From assembly GCA_009387755.1 (NCBI GenBank), contig GG697240.1:1-64000 (forward strand): DNA of 64,000 bases, read 5' to 3'. A model generated the notes under the pieces. The model saw nothing but the letters and a program-made list of their open reading frames with translations, did not search any database and was not told the DNA's origin. Made by a program: the position numbers and the translations under genes. This stretch comes from Candidatus Micrarchaeum acidiphilum ARMAN-2 (GTDB taxonomy: Archaea > Micrarchaeota > Micrarchaeia > Micrarchaeales > Micrarchaeaceae). Positions within the stretch are counted from its first letter, which is position 1, and each line of letters opens with the position of its first letter. Shown here piece by piece: positions 38,286 to 47,485 of this stretch.

Positions 38286-38696
38286 TTATGTCCTTGTTGC
38301 GCTTTCCGCTTCGCCTGCCATATCTAGGGCTCCCCGTAAATCTTTGCTTATGGCCTTGTTACGCTTCATTCTCAGATATGAAAATCCTGAGAGTGTAGCG
38401 AAAACTCCGCCGAATATGGAAAATGTGGCAGCCATGGATGCGCCTGCGCCCGAAAATATTGACCAGGCGGCACCGGCAGCCTCTGCCACTGCTAGCGCTG
38501 CGTTATAAACTGCTAGCGTCCTGTATCTTATGCTTGAGTTCTTGAACGTATCGGACATTTTTTCGAAGAATTCTTGCCCGGAAGATGATTTCCTAAGCGG
38601 AATCGTGGCCGGTGGCCATACTTCCTTTCTTATAATAGACGCAACGCTGGATTTTTTCTCCATTTCACCGCTTTGCGGCATCTTCTGGATATTCAT
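38286..38696 (-). CDS. Small membrane protein (hypothetical)
   Basis: Two Ala/Gly-rich TM helices in the C-terminal half. Confidence 0.35.
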   Translation of the reverse strand: MNIQKMPQSGEMEKKSSVASIIRKEVWPPATIPLRKSSSGQEFFEKMSDTFKNSSIRYRTLAVYNAALAVAEAAGAAWSIFSGAGASMAATFSIFGGVFATLSGFSYLRMKRNKAISKDLRGALDMAGEAESATRT

Positions 38697-38786
38697 AGCA
38701 CCACAGTAAATTATGCTTACCAGATATTTATACTTGCCAGTGCTGGGATTGGATTTGCATTAGCAGAGCACACGCCACTACACATC

Positions 38787-39416
38787 TCAGCGGTACAGGC
38801 CGCTGGGATCCGTTGGGCCCTTTTCCGAGCCCTCAGAGTAATCGTCTTCGTCGTCGTATGCACGGAGCAGCGTGGTAAGCTGCTTTTCAGCAAATTTTGA
38901 GAGGTTCAGATCAAGGCCTTTTGAAGCCTTTGAAAGGTAGCCCAGGCCGGTTTCAATGTCTGTTGCGGTCATCGCATTCTTGGCAATAAGTACTGCATTC
39001 CAGGCGCCTCTGACCTGCGCATCTGATTCGGGTCCTGATGCCGCGGAAAGCAGCTTGTTTCTCTCGCCGAGCAGCATTACCTGGATAGTGCTGTAGAACG
39101 CCGCCTCCTCGGATCCCGGTGTGACTTCGTCAAGGCATATCTTGACCCTGTCCATGTAAATGTCTATTATTATCATTGAGAATATCCTGTAAAAGCCCTC
39201 TTTGTCTAATCCCTTGAGGTTTTTTGAGTCCTTCAGGATAGGCATTGCAACATCGGAAAGGTACTTGTATTCGGACTCGGCCAGCTTCTTTTGCACCTGC
39301 GTGCCGTTCTCAAGGCCAAGGTATTCCATGCCAATTACATTGCCGTGTGTCCTTTGATGGACTTCTGCGGCTCTCTTTTCCATCATATACTTTGCGTTCG
39401 TTCTTTTATCAGGCAT
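38787..39416 (-). CDS. Hypothetical protein
   Basis: 209-aa ORF with host-like composition. No recognisable domain. Confidence 0.4.
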   Translation of the reverse strand: MPDKRTNAKYMMEKRAAEVHQRTHGNVIGMEYLGLENGTQVQKKLAESEYKYLSDVAMPILKDSKNLKGLDKEGFYRIFSMIIIDIYMDRVKICLDEVTPGSEEAAFYSTIQVMLLGERNKLLSAASGPESDAQVRGAWNAVLIAKNAMTATDIETGLGYLSKASKGLDLNLSKFAEKQLTTLLRAYDDEDDYSEGSEKGPTDPSGLYR

Positions 39417-39594
39417 ACTTAATTCACCATTCTCAAAGCCACCATATTCTTATACAGTTGGGCTGCCATTTTTGTGCAGTCTGCCACCAATCATTTACTG
39501 ATCTAAGATATTTATTTATTGCCGCAATACGCCTTTTGTCTTATGCCAAGGCGTAGTGTTTAAAGTTGCATAGACGTCTCTATAATTAGATATT

Positions 39595-40098
39595 GTGAAA
39601 TGGAGACGGCGACTGCCACCTATAGAGATTACATCTGTCGAATCAGAAACTGACAGCTATGCCAATATATGCAGCGACGTAGCCTCAATGCTTAGGGACG
39701 CAATTGACAGCATGGCTTTGAAGGCATGCATAGAGCGCCAGGATGTAGCAAAGATGCATGCGTCTGATACTGCTTTCAAAATGCTTGTTGCAAGGCTGGA
39801 AGAAGACAATCGGGCATCTGAGGATGCATTATCCAGGATTGAGCCAAGCAGGCGCAGCTCTGAGCCATACTGCGAATACGCCGAGATACTTGACCACAAC
39901 ATGAAAATAAGAAATATGCTCTTTTCATGTCCTGACGCGCTATTCCTGGACGCCGTAACCGGAATCGAAAGGGATTATGGCGGCTTTCTCAGGGCTGTTG
40001 AGGACTTCAATTTCCTTGAGCGCTATAAGGGCTGGATAAAGGAAAAGATTATAAAGGAAGTAAAAGAAGGCTGGGCAGGGCCTGAAAATAATGAATAG
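39595..40098 (+). CDS. Hypothetical protein
   Basis: 167-aa ORF. No recognisable domain. Confidence 0.35.
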   Translation: MKWRRRLPPIEITSVESETDSYANICSDVASMLRDAIDSMALKACIERQDVAKMHASDTAFKMLVARLEEDNRASEDALSRIEPSRRSSEPYCEYAEILDHNMKIRNMLFSCPDALFLDAVTGIERDYGGFLRAVEDFNFLERYKGWIKEKIIKEVKEGWAGPENNE

Positions 40099-40117
40099 AT
40101 TGCCCAAATGAAATGGC

Positions 40118-40450
40118 TTACTCCGCGAACAGCTCTTCCGCAAGCTCCTCCTTGGCGTCTGCGTACTCCTTGTTCTTTATTATGTCTTCGACCTTGCTGC
40201 TCTTTATCAGTGCGTATTTTATGCTCCCCTGGGACATCATGTAGGAGCCTGGGCACATCACGCCCTCGCGCACTGCAATAACATCAGGGCTAAGCCTAAG
40301 TATGCTCGCCATTGTGGCCTCCTTGCTGCCATAGCCTGGATTTTCGCTTTCAGAAAGCTTGCCGCTCTGGTCGTCGTATATTTCTATGAATTCCGCCTGG
40401 TCGAGGGGCACTATTTCCTTGTCTTTGCTGCATGCTATTGCCACTTTCAT
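40118..40450 (-). CDS. NifX/NifB-C-terminal-like (dinitrogenase FeMo-cofactor-binding family) small protein
   Basis: 'MKVAIACSKDK...FIEIYD...PDVIAVREGVMCPGSYMMSQ' matches the ~110-aa PF02579-type fold. Confidence 0.45.
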   Translation of the reverse strand: MKVAIACSKDKEIVPLDQAEFIEIYDDQSGKLSESENPGYGSKEATMASILRLSPDVIAVREGVMCPGSYMMSQGSIKYALIKSSKVEDIIKNKEYADAKEELAEELFAE

Positions 40451-40537
40451 AATATCACAAGCATATATCGTTCTAAAAATTATTTAATTTGGTAGGCAAG
40501 CGGCCTTTTATGTGCGTAAAATTTGTGCAGCGATGCG

Positions 40538-42673
40538 TTACCTGCCCTTTTGCCTGCGGGCAAGCGCATAAGCGAATATTACCGCCACCACTATTATTAT
40601 TAATGCAGCAATTATGCCGCTGTCGTTGCTGGAGGGTTTTGGCACGGCTGGTACGGTTGTCGCGGGTGTAGTGGTAGGCGCAATAGTGGTGGTTGGAACT
40701 GTGGTGTTTGCGTATAGTGCGACTATCGGGTCTGATGAAACGCTGAATGATATAGTGCATGTTACCGGGTTTACAGTGTAAGGCACTATTGGTTGCAGCG
40801 AACCGTTCACGAGTTCGTATGGCGCAGTTGGGTATCCTGATGCGCAGTCATAGGTAGTGGTTATGTTTGCGGTTATGCTGCCTGCAGAGGTAAAGTTTAG
40901 TATGAATGCCTTAACCATTGTGTGGTTGGCGAAGAACGGCAATGTGCCAGTGTAGTTTGCAATTGTGAAATTGACGTTAGTCGAATTTGGAGAAGGAGTT
41001 GCAAATGAAACGAACATGCCCAGGTTGCCGAAGCTAATGTTAAAGGGCTTTCCGGCCGATGTACCGAAAGATCCAGTATATGAAGCTGTTGAACTGGATA
41101 TGTTTAGAGTGTGTTGCGGCACGGTTGTCGTTGCAGTAGAGGTTGTAGTTGAATTGACAATGTACAGCACGGTTGTCGTTGCAATCGAGGTAGATGTGCT
41201 GGTTGCATGGCCTGAACCCGGCGCTTGCACTTCGTATGCGTAGGTTATGGAGTCTGCGGAATAGTTGGCGTTGCCTGTTTCATTGAAAGTGTAGGTATAG
41301 AGCCCTATTGAGTTTGAACCAGTGTAAGTTATAGTGTTGGACGTGCTGCCTACAAGCGTTCCGTTTAGATAGAGTTTGGCGGTTATCTGGCTGTTGTATG
41401 TTTCTATCGAAGCAATCGTATTGCATGACAGACCATCGACAGTATAGGTGCTGCAGGACTGGGGGAACGACATTTTCGGCGCTGCCTTGTATATAGAATA
41501 ATTTCCAATCGAGAATCCTTCTGCATATACAACGTTGCCTGTGTTGTAGAACTCAAAGGAGTAGTTGCCAGCAACTGCGGGTGCGTTGTAGGCAATCGAC
41601 CCAAAACCGGCTGTGGAAGAGTCAACCTTTGAATATGGGCCACCGTTCACTGACATGTATAGGTTGCCTATTGCGTTTGACGGAGATATTGAAGCGGTTA
41701 CGGTTGCATTAGAGCCATTGTATACGAAGCTGCGTGGCACAGAAATTGAAGTATGCGCAGCCGCAGCAGATATCACAAAATTTTCTATTATGTTTGCTGG
41801 GGTGTAGTTTGCATTTCCAGGCGTTTCGAATTCAAGTGTGTAGTTGCCCACGTTTATTGCGTTGATCGGCGCGGTCTGTACATGGCCCGGCGCATTTGCC
41901 GAATAGGTTGCGATAGTATTGCCATTTAGCATCAGTGTGCCGCCTAGTGGCTGCAATGTATTGGATATTGAGAATGTTGCAGTTGCGTTTATGGAATTGC
42001 CAGTGTATACGTAGCTAGAAGCTATTCCAGACAAGTGGATGTCTGGCGTTGCCTTTGATATAGTGTATATGTCGTTTGAAACGCCTATGCCGGTGTAGTT
42101 CGAATTTGGTATCTGGAAGTCAAGCGCATATGTGCCTGCAGCTGCAGGGAGAGAATATTCGGTTTCAGGGCTTAGTTTTATTGCGACAATCGTATAGTTA
42201 TTTGCTTCGTTTTCATATCCAGAAGGTCCTATAAGGTAAACCGTCCCATTTTTTCCCGTAAAGGCATAGTAAGGATCTTCGTAGAATGGTACTGTTTGAA
42301 TGCCGCCGACTTGGGCGTTTGTAGTGGTATTCAGAACTACTACGCCGTACGCATATGATCCAGAATACCCGCTAGAAGATGGATCGTAGCTAAAAAGATA
42401 GACATTGCCTCCGGACACGGCAGATATATACGGATAGTATACCGGAACGTTTTTTACAGTAGATCTTGTATGGGTGTTGTACACTTCAACATACTCTCCA
42501 TAATATATAGGTATATACAAGTATTCACCATTGGATGATATTGATATTTGGCCGGTATCCTCCTCGGATGTTGGTATTCTGTATTGCAAGGTGTTTGTAG
42601 TTGTATTTATTACTGTAAAATCATAGTAGTATCCTGAAACATAGAGGTGCCTGCCGCTGGGCGAAAGCACCAT
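40538..42673 (-). CDS. Giant surface glycoprotein, C-terminal segment: Ig-like repeats, Thr/Pro linker and a C-terminal TM anchor
   Basis: Begins with a YVTN-type repeat that is in frame with upstream sequence beyond the annotated ATG. Repeats such as 'MSVNGGPYSKVDSS..AYNAPAVAGNYSF' match those in the upstream ORF. C-terminal 'IIAALIIIVVAVIFAYALARRQKGR'. Confidence 0.6.
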   Translation of the reverse strand: MVLSPSGRHLYVSGYYYDFTVINTTTNTLQYRIPTSEEDTGQISISSNGEYLYIPIYYGEYVEVYNTHTRSTVKNVPVYYPYISAVSGGNVYLFSYDPSSSGYSGSYAYGVVVLNTTTNAQVGGIQTVPFYEDPYYAFTGKNGTVYLIGPSGYENEANNYTIVAIKLSPETEYSLPAAAGTYALDFQIPNSNYTGIGVSNDIYTISKATPDIHLSGIASSYVYTGNSINATATFSISNTLQPLGGTLMLNGNTIATYSANAPGHVQTAPINAINVGNYTLEFETPGNANYTPANIIENFVISAAAAHTSISVPRSFVYNGSNATVTASISPSNAIGNLYMSVNGGPYSKVDSSTAGFGSIAYNAPAVAGNYSFEFYNTGNVVYAEGFSIGNYSIYKAAPKMSFPQSCSTYTVDGLSCNTIASIETYNSQITAKLYLNGTLVGSTSNTITYTGSNSIGLYTYTFNETGNANYSADSITYAYEVQAPGSGHATSTSTSIATTTVLYIVNSTTTSTATTTVPQHTLNISSSTASYTGSFGTSAGKPFNISFGNLGMFVSFATPSPNSTNVNFTIANYTGTLPFFANHTMVKAFILNFTSAGSITANITTTYDCASGYPTAPYELVNGSLQPIVPYTVNPVTCTISFSVSSDPIVALYANTTVPTTTIAPTTTPATTVPAVPKPSSNDSGIIAALIIIVVAVIFAYALARRQKGR

Positions 42674-45600
42674 ATAGAAAGGATAGGAAACGAATCTGAG
42701 CCAAGGCTTATCTGTGTTATTGCATTTGTGGCAAGGTTTATGGCATCTATGCTGTTTGTACCGTAGTTTGACGCGTAGAGCACTGTGTCGTTCTTGCTAA
42801 GGACGTCGTAGTAAATCTCCGACGAGCTGTTTGGAAGAACTATGCTGTTTACAATCTTGTTTGTTGCAAGATTTAGTACCAATATGGTATTTCCTGCGTA
42901 TGATGATACATATGCATAGTCGGTAACGTTTGATATTGCAATGCCGTAAGATTCGAATCCGCTAGGCAGATATATTATGTCGTTGCCAAAGGTTGAGCCA
43001 GGAGGATAATAATAGACAGTATTAGACTCTGTAGTGAAATATGCAGTTCCGTTTTTACTTTCTGCCCCGGCATAGAATGGTACTGTTGTTATTCCGTTTG
43101 AGTTTAAAAGTGATGGTTTTGGCAGCGTATTGCCGTTTAAGGTTGCACTAAGGCCGAGCTGCGAGGCATTGGCATTATATGCAGTTACAGTGAAGTTTGT
43201 TCCTGTGTAAACTGAGTTTGAAGGAAGAGAGCTCACAACCTTTAGAGAGGCAGGGGATATTGTTAGTGTAGACACTGCGTTTGAGGGAACGTAATTGCCA
43301 GAAAGGACAGGAACCGCTTTCAAAGAATAGCTGCCTACTGCTGCAGGGCCTGTGTAAGCAAAGTTAAACTTTGTCGGGGCAGATATATTTTTTATTACAG
43401 TAATATTTTTAAGCTCGGTAAAGTTTTCATAGTTGATTAAGTATATGTCACTGCCATCCGTAACTGAATATTCAGTATAATTTGAACCTGTGTTTATTGA
43501 CCCCATCAGACTCCCAGAAGAAACGTTCACAATATAGGTAACGCTATTGGCTCTTAAAGAGCTATTGCTTGCGAAGACATACCCACCCAAAGCAGAAACT
43601 GCAGTCATCCCGCTTGGAATTCCAGAAATGGCGCTTAATGTGCCAGTAGCTGTATTGTATACAACAACACCAGTGCTGCCAGCATCTGCAGGTATGTACA
43701 GGTTAGAGCCGACCAGTGCCATATTTGAACCTGCTTTTGTTAAGTATTGGGAAAGTGATACAGCTGTTACTGTGTAGGTACTTGTGTTTATCAAATAAAG
43801 TGAAGAGGAATTTTCTGCCACATATATCGTATTTCCGTTCTGAGACAGTGCTATTGAGTACGGACCCGAGGAGCTCGGAAGCGACACATTTTTTATTACT
43901 GTGCCCGTGCTTGTGTTTACCACAGTTATGCTGTCAGTACCGTAGTCCGTTACATATAACAATTTCCCATCTGGCGAAGCAGCTATGTAATATGGTTTTA
44001 TTGAAGAAAGTAGCAAAGAGTTGCTGCTCAGTGGTATGTCTTTTTCCACTGTATTGGTGGATAAGTTAAAAACCGCCAAAGTGCCGTTAAGGTAGTTGGT
44101 AATGTAAGCATTGCCCGTGTTGTTCGGAATCACGATCCCTGTGGGGCCGTTTAGAAGGCTTGAGTTTATGTTTTTTACAACTGCACTGGTCTTGGTATTA
44201 ATTACTGATATTAAATTATAATAGTACGCTGGAGAATAAAGGTAAGTGCCGTTTTGCGACACTGCGGCGCCATAATAGCCGTAATAGGGGCTTGTCTTTA
44301 TGGGCATCAGCTCCAAATTTACTGGGAGTTCGGTGCTGCTTTGGACAAGAGTGTTGTTAACGTATAGGTCAATTCCAATCGTATTGCTGTAATATGTTGT
44401 AAGGCCGTAGCTTATTATCGCATTTGAGCCGTCGTAAGTGAAGCTGTTTGACGGAAGCACGGATATGCTTGGCTTGGGGTTATACTGGCTTATTATGTAG
44501 TTTGCCGTGGTGCTTTCTGCGCTGTAAATCGCGTTTGCGTCAGTAGCCAAAGTAAACGAGTACGATCCAGCAGATGCAGGTGCGTTGTATGTTATGGTAT
44601 TGGATGAAGACGTAAGCGCGACAACGTCAATGCCCGTGCCTCCGTTGACAGACATTATCAGGTTTCCGGTCAGGCCGGAAGGATACACCGACGCGGTTAC
44701 GGTTGCGTTTACTGCATTGTAGGTAAAGCTGGATGGGACCTCAAGAGACAGCGATGGAGTCAGGCTGTTTACCGTAAATAGTTTCGATGAAAACGCGGTT
44801 ACTGCGGGTGAAGCGCTGTCTGTAAGGGTCACGTTGGCGAAATATGTGCCTGGGTCCAGAGTGCCTGTTGAGTAGTTTGCAATGCCGTTATTTGCATTTA
44901 TTGTTACGCTATTGCTTTCGGTAAAGCCTGTGAATGGATTTGAAATTGATATAGCAACCGAATACGGCGGAGTGCCATTGACAGCCTTTATCTTGACCGT
45001 TGGGAAATTTGGATATGTCAATGAGTTAGATGATAGTGTCTCTATTATTTTTGGGGCTGCAGTTATCACGAAGTTGCCGGATAGGGATGAGTTTGTTTCG
45101 GGACCTGTGCCGCTAGAGTCTGCAACAGTTGCCTTCAGGTAGTATGTTCCTGGTGCAAGATCATTGCTCTGTATTGGTATATTCGCAGTATCAGAGGAAA
45201 TTCCGCCCAGGCTGAGGCCAGGTAGCCCTGTCATTAACGCATTTGATGTTGCATTATAAATGTAAACGTTGGCAGTGTATGGCTCTGTGCCGCCGGTCCA
45301 CGACAGCGATGCGCTGAAAGGCTGCCCCTGCTCTATGAGATTTGAGCTCAGGGATATGGAAGGTACGGACAAGGTGGGGCTTACGGTATATGTGATGCTG
45401 TCTGGAGAGCCGGAAGACTCAAATGTGTAGGGACTTGCACCGCCGTTGTTCGTTTCTTCATCTATCGCCTTTACGTAATAGCTGTAACTGCCAGGAGTGT
45501 TAGGCAAGTTAAATGTGAAGCTGCCTGAAGAGCCTGGCGAGTTTAATGTTAATGTATTGCCTATCTGTGAGCCGTTTTGCGCGGATATCAAAGACACTTC

Positions 45601-46461
45601 GAACGGGCCTATCCCACCATTAAGAGCGAAGCCAAACGTAGCAGACTGACCCTGATCATAATTAAAATTAGTGACTGATAGTCTGATTGTAGGCGTCCCT
45701 GCAACATATAGCGGCATTGCAGTAGAACTTTTAGTTTCCGGATTCCCATAGGAGCTGTCTTTCACTACTGCACAATAATATATGGTGCCTGTAGTCGTAG
45801 GAGACACAGTAAACGATTCTGAGTAAGTGGTTATGTCATTTGATGAATCTACAAGTGTAGCGCCAGATCCCCCACAGGAACTCGTAGAGCTTGAATACAA
45901 ATTAACTGTGAACGGAGGAGTTCCTGTAGCGAACGAGTTATTCGGGTAATTCCATTTGACCGTCATAATGGCTGATTGGCCAACGTCCAATGCGTTTGTA
46001 GAAAGAGAGAGTGTTGGAGTTACAAGGTTGTAATTTACAGTATATGTTGCTTTGGCCGATGCGATTTCAGCGCCGTTACCCGAATCATTGTATGTAGTAA
46101 ATGTTATGTTATATGGACCGTAAAGTGGCGCAAATGTCAAAGATCCATTATCCAGACAACCAGTATTTATATTAGTCCCGTTAGATATTAGGCTATAGTT
46201 ATAAGATTGGCCATTTGTTTCAGATGTTTCATTTATAAAACATTCACCGCCAAGACTTGTTTCGGCTTTTATTTGTATATCGTATGCCATAGTTGGAGTT
46301 CCGCTTCCGTTTGGGGGAAGACCAACCCCGGTTCCGGTAAAAGTAAATACGGTTGTTGTATAATTGTGGGAGCTTCTGGTGTCAACACTGACGTTCTGCG
46401 GGCTAATTGTGGCTGTACCTGCATGGCTTAGATGTATTATCGGTAAAGTAAAAACTAGCAC
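42610..46461 (-). CDS. Giant surface glycoprotein, N-terminal segment: signal peptide, Ig-like domains and YVTN beta-propeller repeats
   Basis: Signal peptide 'MLVFTLPIIHLSHAGTAT'. Dense NxS/T sequons. Repeats such as 'LLYVTDYGTDSITVVNTSTGTV'. Ends in a stop after a frame change. Confidence 0.65.
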   Translation of the reverse strand: MLVFTLPIIHLSHAGTATISPQNVSVDTRSSHNYTTTVFTFTGTGVGLPPNGSGTPTMAYDIQIKAETSLGGECFINETSETNGQSYNYSLISNGTNINTGCLDNGSLTFAPLYGPYNITFTTYNDSGNGAEIASAKATYTVNYNLVTPTLSLSTNALDVGQSAIMTVKWNYPNNSFATGTPPFTVNLYSSSTSSCGGSGATLVDSSNDITTYSESFTVSPTTTGTIYYCAVVKDSSYGNPETKSSTAMPLYVAGTPTIRLSVTNFNYDQGQSATFGFALNGGIGPFEVSLISAQNGSQIGNTLTLNSPGSSGSFTFNLPNTPGSYSYYVKAIDEETNNGGASPYTFESSGSPDSITYTVSPTLSVPSISLSSNLIEQGQPFSASLSWTGGTEPYTANVYIYNATSNALMTGLPGLSLGGISSDTANIPIQSNDLAPGTYYLKATVADSSGTGPETNSSLSGNFVITAAPKIIETLSSNSLTYPNFPTVKIKAVNGTPPYSVAISISNPFTGFTESNSVTINANNGIANYSTGTLDPGTYFANVTLTDSASPAVTAFSSKLFTVNSLTPSLSLEVPSSFTYNAVNATVTASVYPSGLTGNLIMSVNGGTGIDVVALTSSSNTITYNAPASAGSYSFTLATDANAIYSAESTTANYIISQYNPKPSISVLPSNSFTYDGSNAIISYGLTTYYSNTIGIDLYVNNTLVQSSTELPVNLELMPIKTSPYYGYYGAAVSQNGTYLYSPAYYYNLISVINTKTSAVVKNINSSLLNGPTGIVIPNNTGNAYITNYLNGTLAVFNLSTNTVEKDIPLSSNSLLLSSIKPYYIAASPDGKLLYVTDYGTDSITVVNTSTGTVIKNVSLPSSSGPYSIALSQNGNTIYVAENSSSLYLINTSTYTVTAVSLSQYLTKAGSNMALVGSNLYIPADAGSTGVVVYNTATGTLSAISGIPSGMTAVSALGGYVFASNSSLRANSVTYIVNVSSGSLMGSINTGSNYTEYSVTDGSDIYLINYENFTELKNITVIKNISAPTKFNFAYTGPAAVGSYSLKAVPVLSGNYVPSNAVSTLTISPASLKVVSSLPSNSVYTGTNFTVTAYNANASQLGLSATLNGNTLPKPSLLNSNGITTVPFYAGAESKNGTAYFTTESNTVYYYPPGSTFGNDIIYLPSGFESYGIAISNVTDYAYVSSYAGNTILVLNLATNKIVNSIVLPNSSSEIYYDVLSKNDTVLYASNYGTNSIDAINLATNAITQISLGSDSFPILSIWCFRPAAGTSMFQDTTMILQ

Positions 46462-46732
46462 CGCGAACAGGAGAATTAGGGGCTTTATCGCATTGCTGCT
46501 TATTTTATCACGTTATTATACAAACAAACTGTGCTATGCTTGTTTATACTATACTTGATTATACTCTTTTTATTGTTTTTTCATGCGGTTGTTATAAATA
46601 CTTTTTGCTTTTCCGTAGCGTAGTTGAATACAAGAAATTGGATTTGCCAGGCTGCCTATTTGGCGCACGAATCAGAGTGCGGCTGAGACTTCCGGTTGAT
46701 ACCTGCTTTGCATTTTGCGCGTACCGGGCCTT

Positions 46733-47368
46733 TTAAGATTTGCCGCGCCTGCCAACAGTCTCCATCATGCCGCTGCCTTGGGCCTTTGCGCCCCTGTGCT
46801 GCATGGAGCCAGATGCCTTCCTATAGCCGTGCTTGTACGCGGCATGCACCATTACTGCTGCAATTAGGACGGCTATCAGAATTATCATGTATGCATTTCC
46901 CTGGCTGCGCCGGCCGGTAGAGCGTATCACACCCATAGATTCCTTGAATGAGGATATGTACATGCTTATGTCGAATGCCATTGCAAAGGAGTTGTAAAGT
47001 GCTATTATTATGCTCCATGCGCCGGGCTTCCTTACAGCTATTATTATTGACTGCACGGTTATTATGAATCCGAAGCCTATGATCAGTATGCCCAGGAAAA
47101 TGAAGTCAAAGCTGAGCAGGAACTGGAAGGAGGAAAGCGTTATGTACGAAGCGTAGTATGCCAGGAATCCCAGGACTATCGCCATTACGTAAGTGGCTCC
47201 CACGAGGCCGAGACCGACAGCAGAGTACGCCGCTGCCTTCCTGAACTTCGACTTGTCGCCCTTGGCTTTTATCGCGCCCAAGCTGTACCCGCCGGCATAG
47301 GCGTCCCACATCGATATGAGGAAGTCTACCGCAATTATTATTACTATGAATATGGCTCCGAGGCCCAA
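46733..47368 (-). CDS. Integral membrane protein (hypothetical, 4-5 TM helices)
   Basis: Hydrophobic helices with a basic C-terminal tail. Confidence 0.4.
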   Translation of the reverse strand: MGLGAIFIVIIIAVDFLISMWDAYAGGYSLGAIKAKGDKSKFRKAAAYSAVGLGLVGATYVMAIVLGFLAYYASYITLSSFQFLLSFDFIFLGILIIGFGFIITVQSIIIAVRKPGAWSIIIALYNSFAMAFDISMYISSFKESMGVIRSTGRRSQGNAYMIILIAVLIAAVMVHAAYKHGYRKASGSMQHRGAKAQGSGMMETVGRRGKS

Positions 47369-47485
47369 AGCGTCACCTTATGAAAGCTTTTTGCGTTTGC
47401 ACACTCTAGAAGGCATGCGCACGCACCGTAGCGCTTGCGCTTTTTATATTTTTATACATGGCGCAAAATAATTAGTATTTGATTG

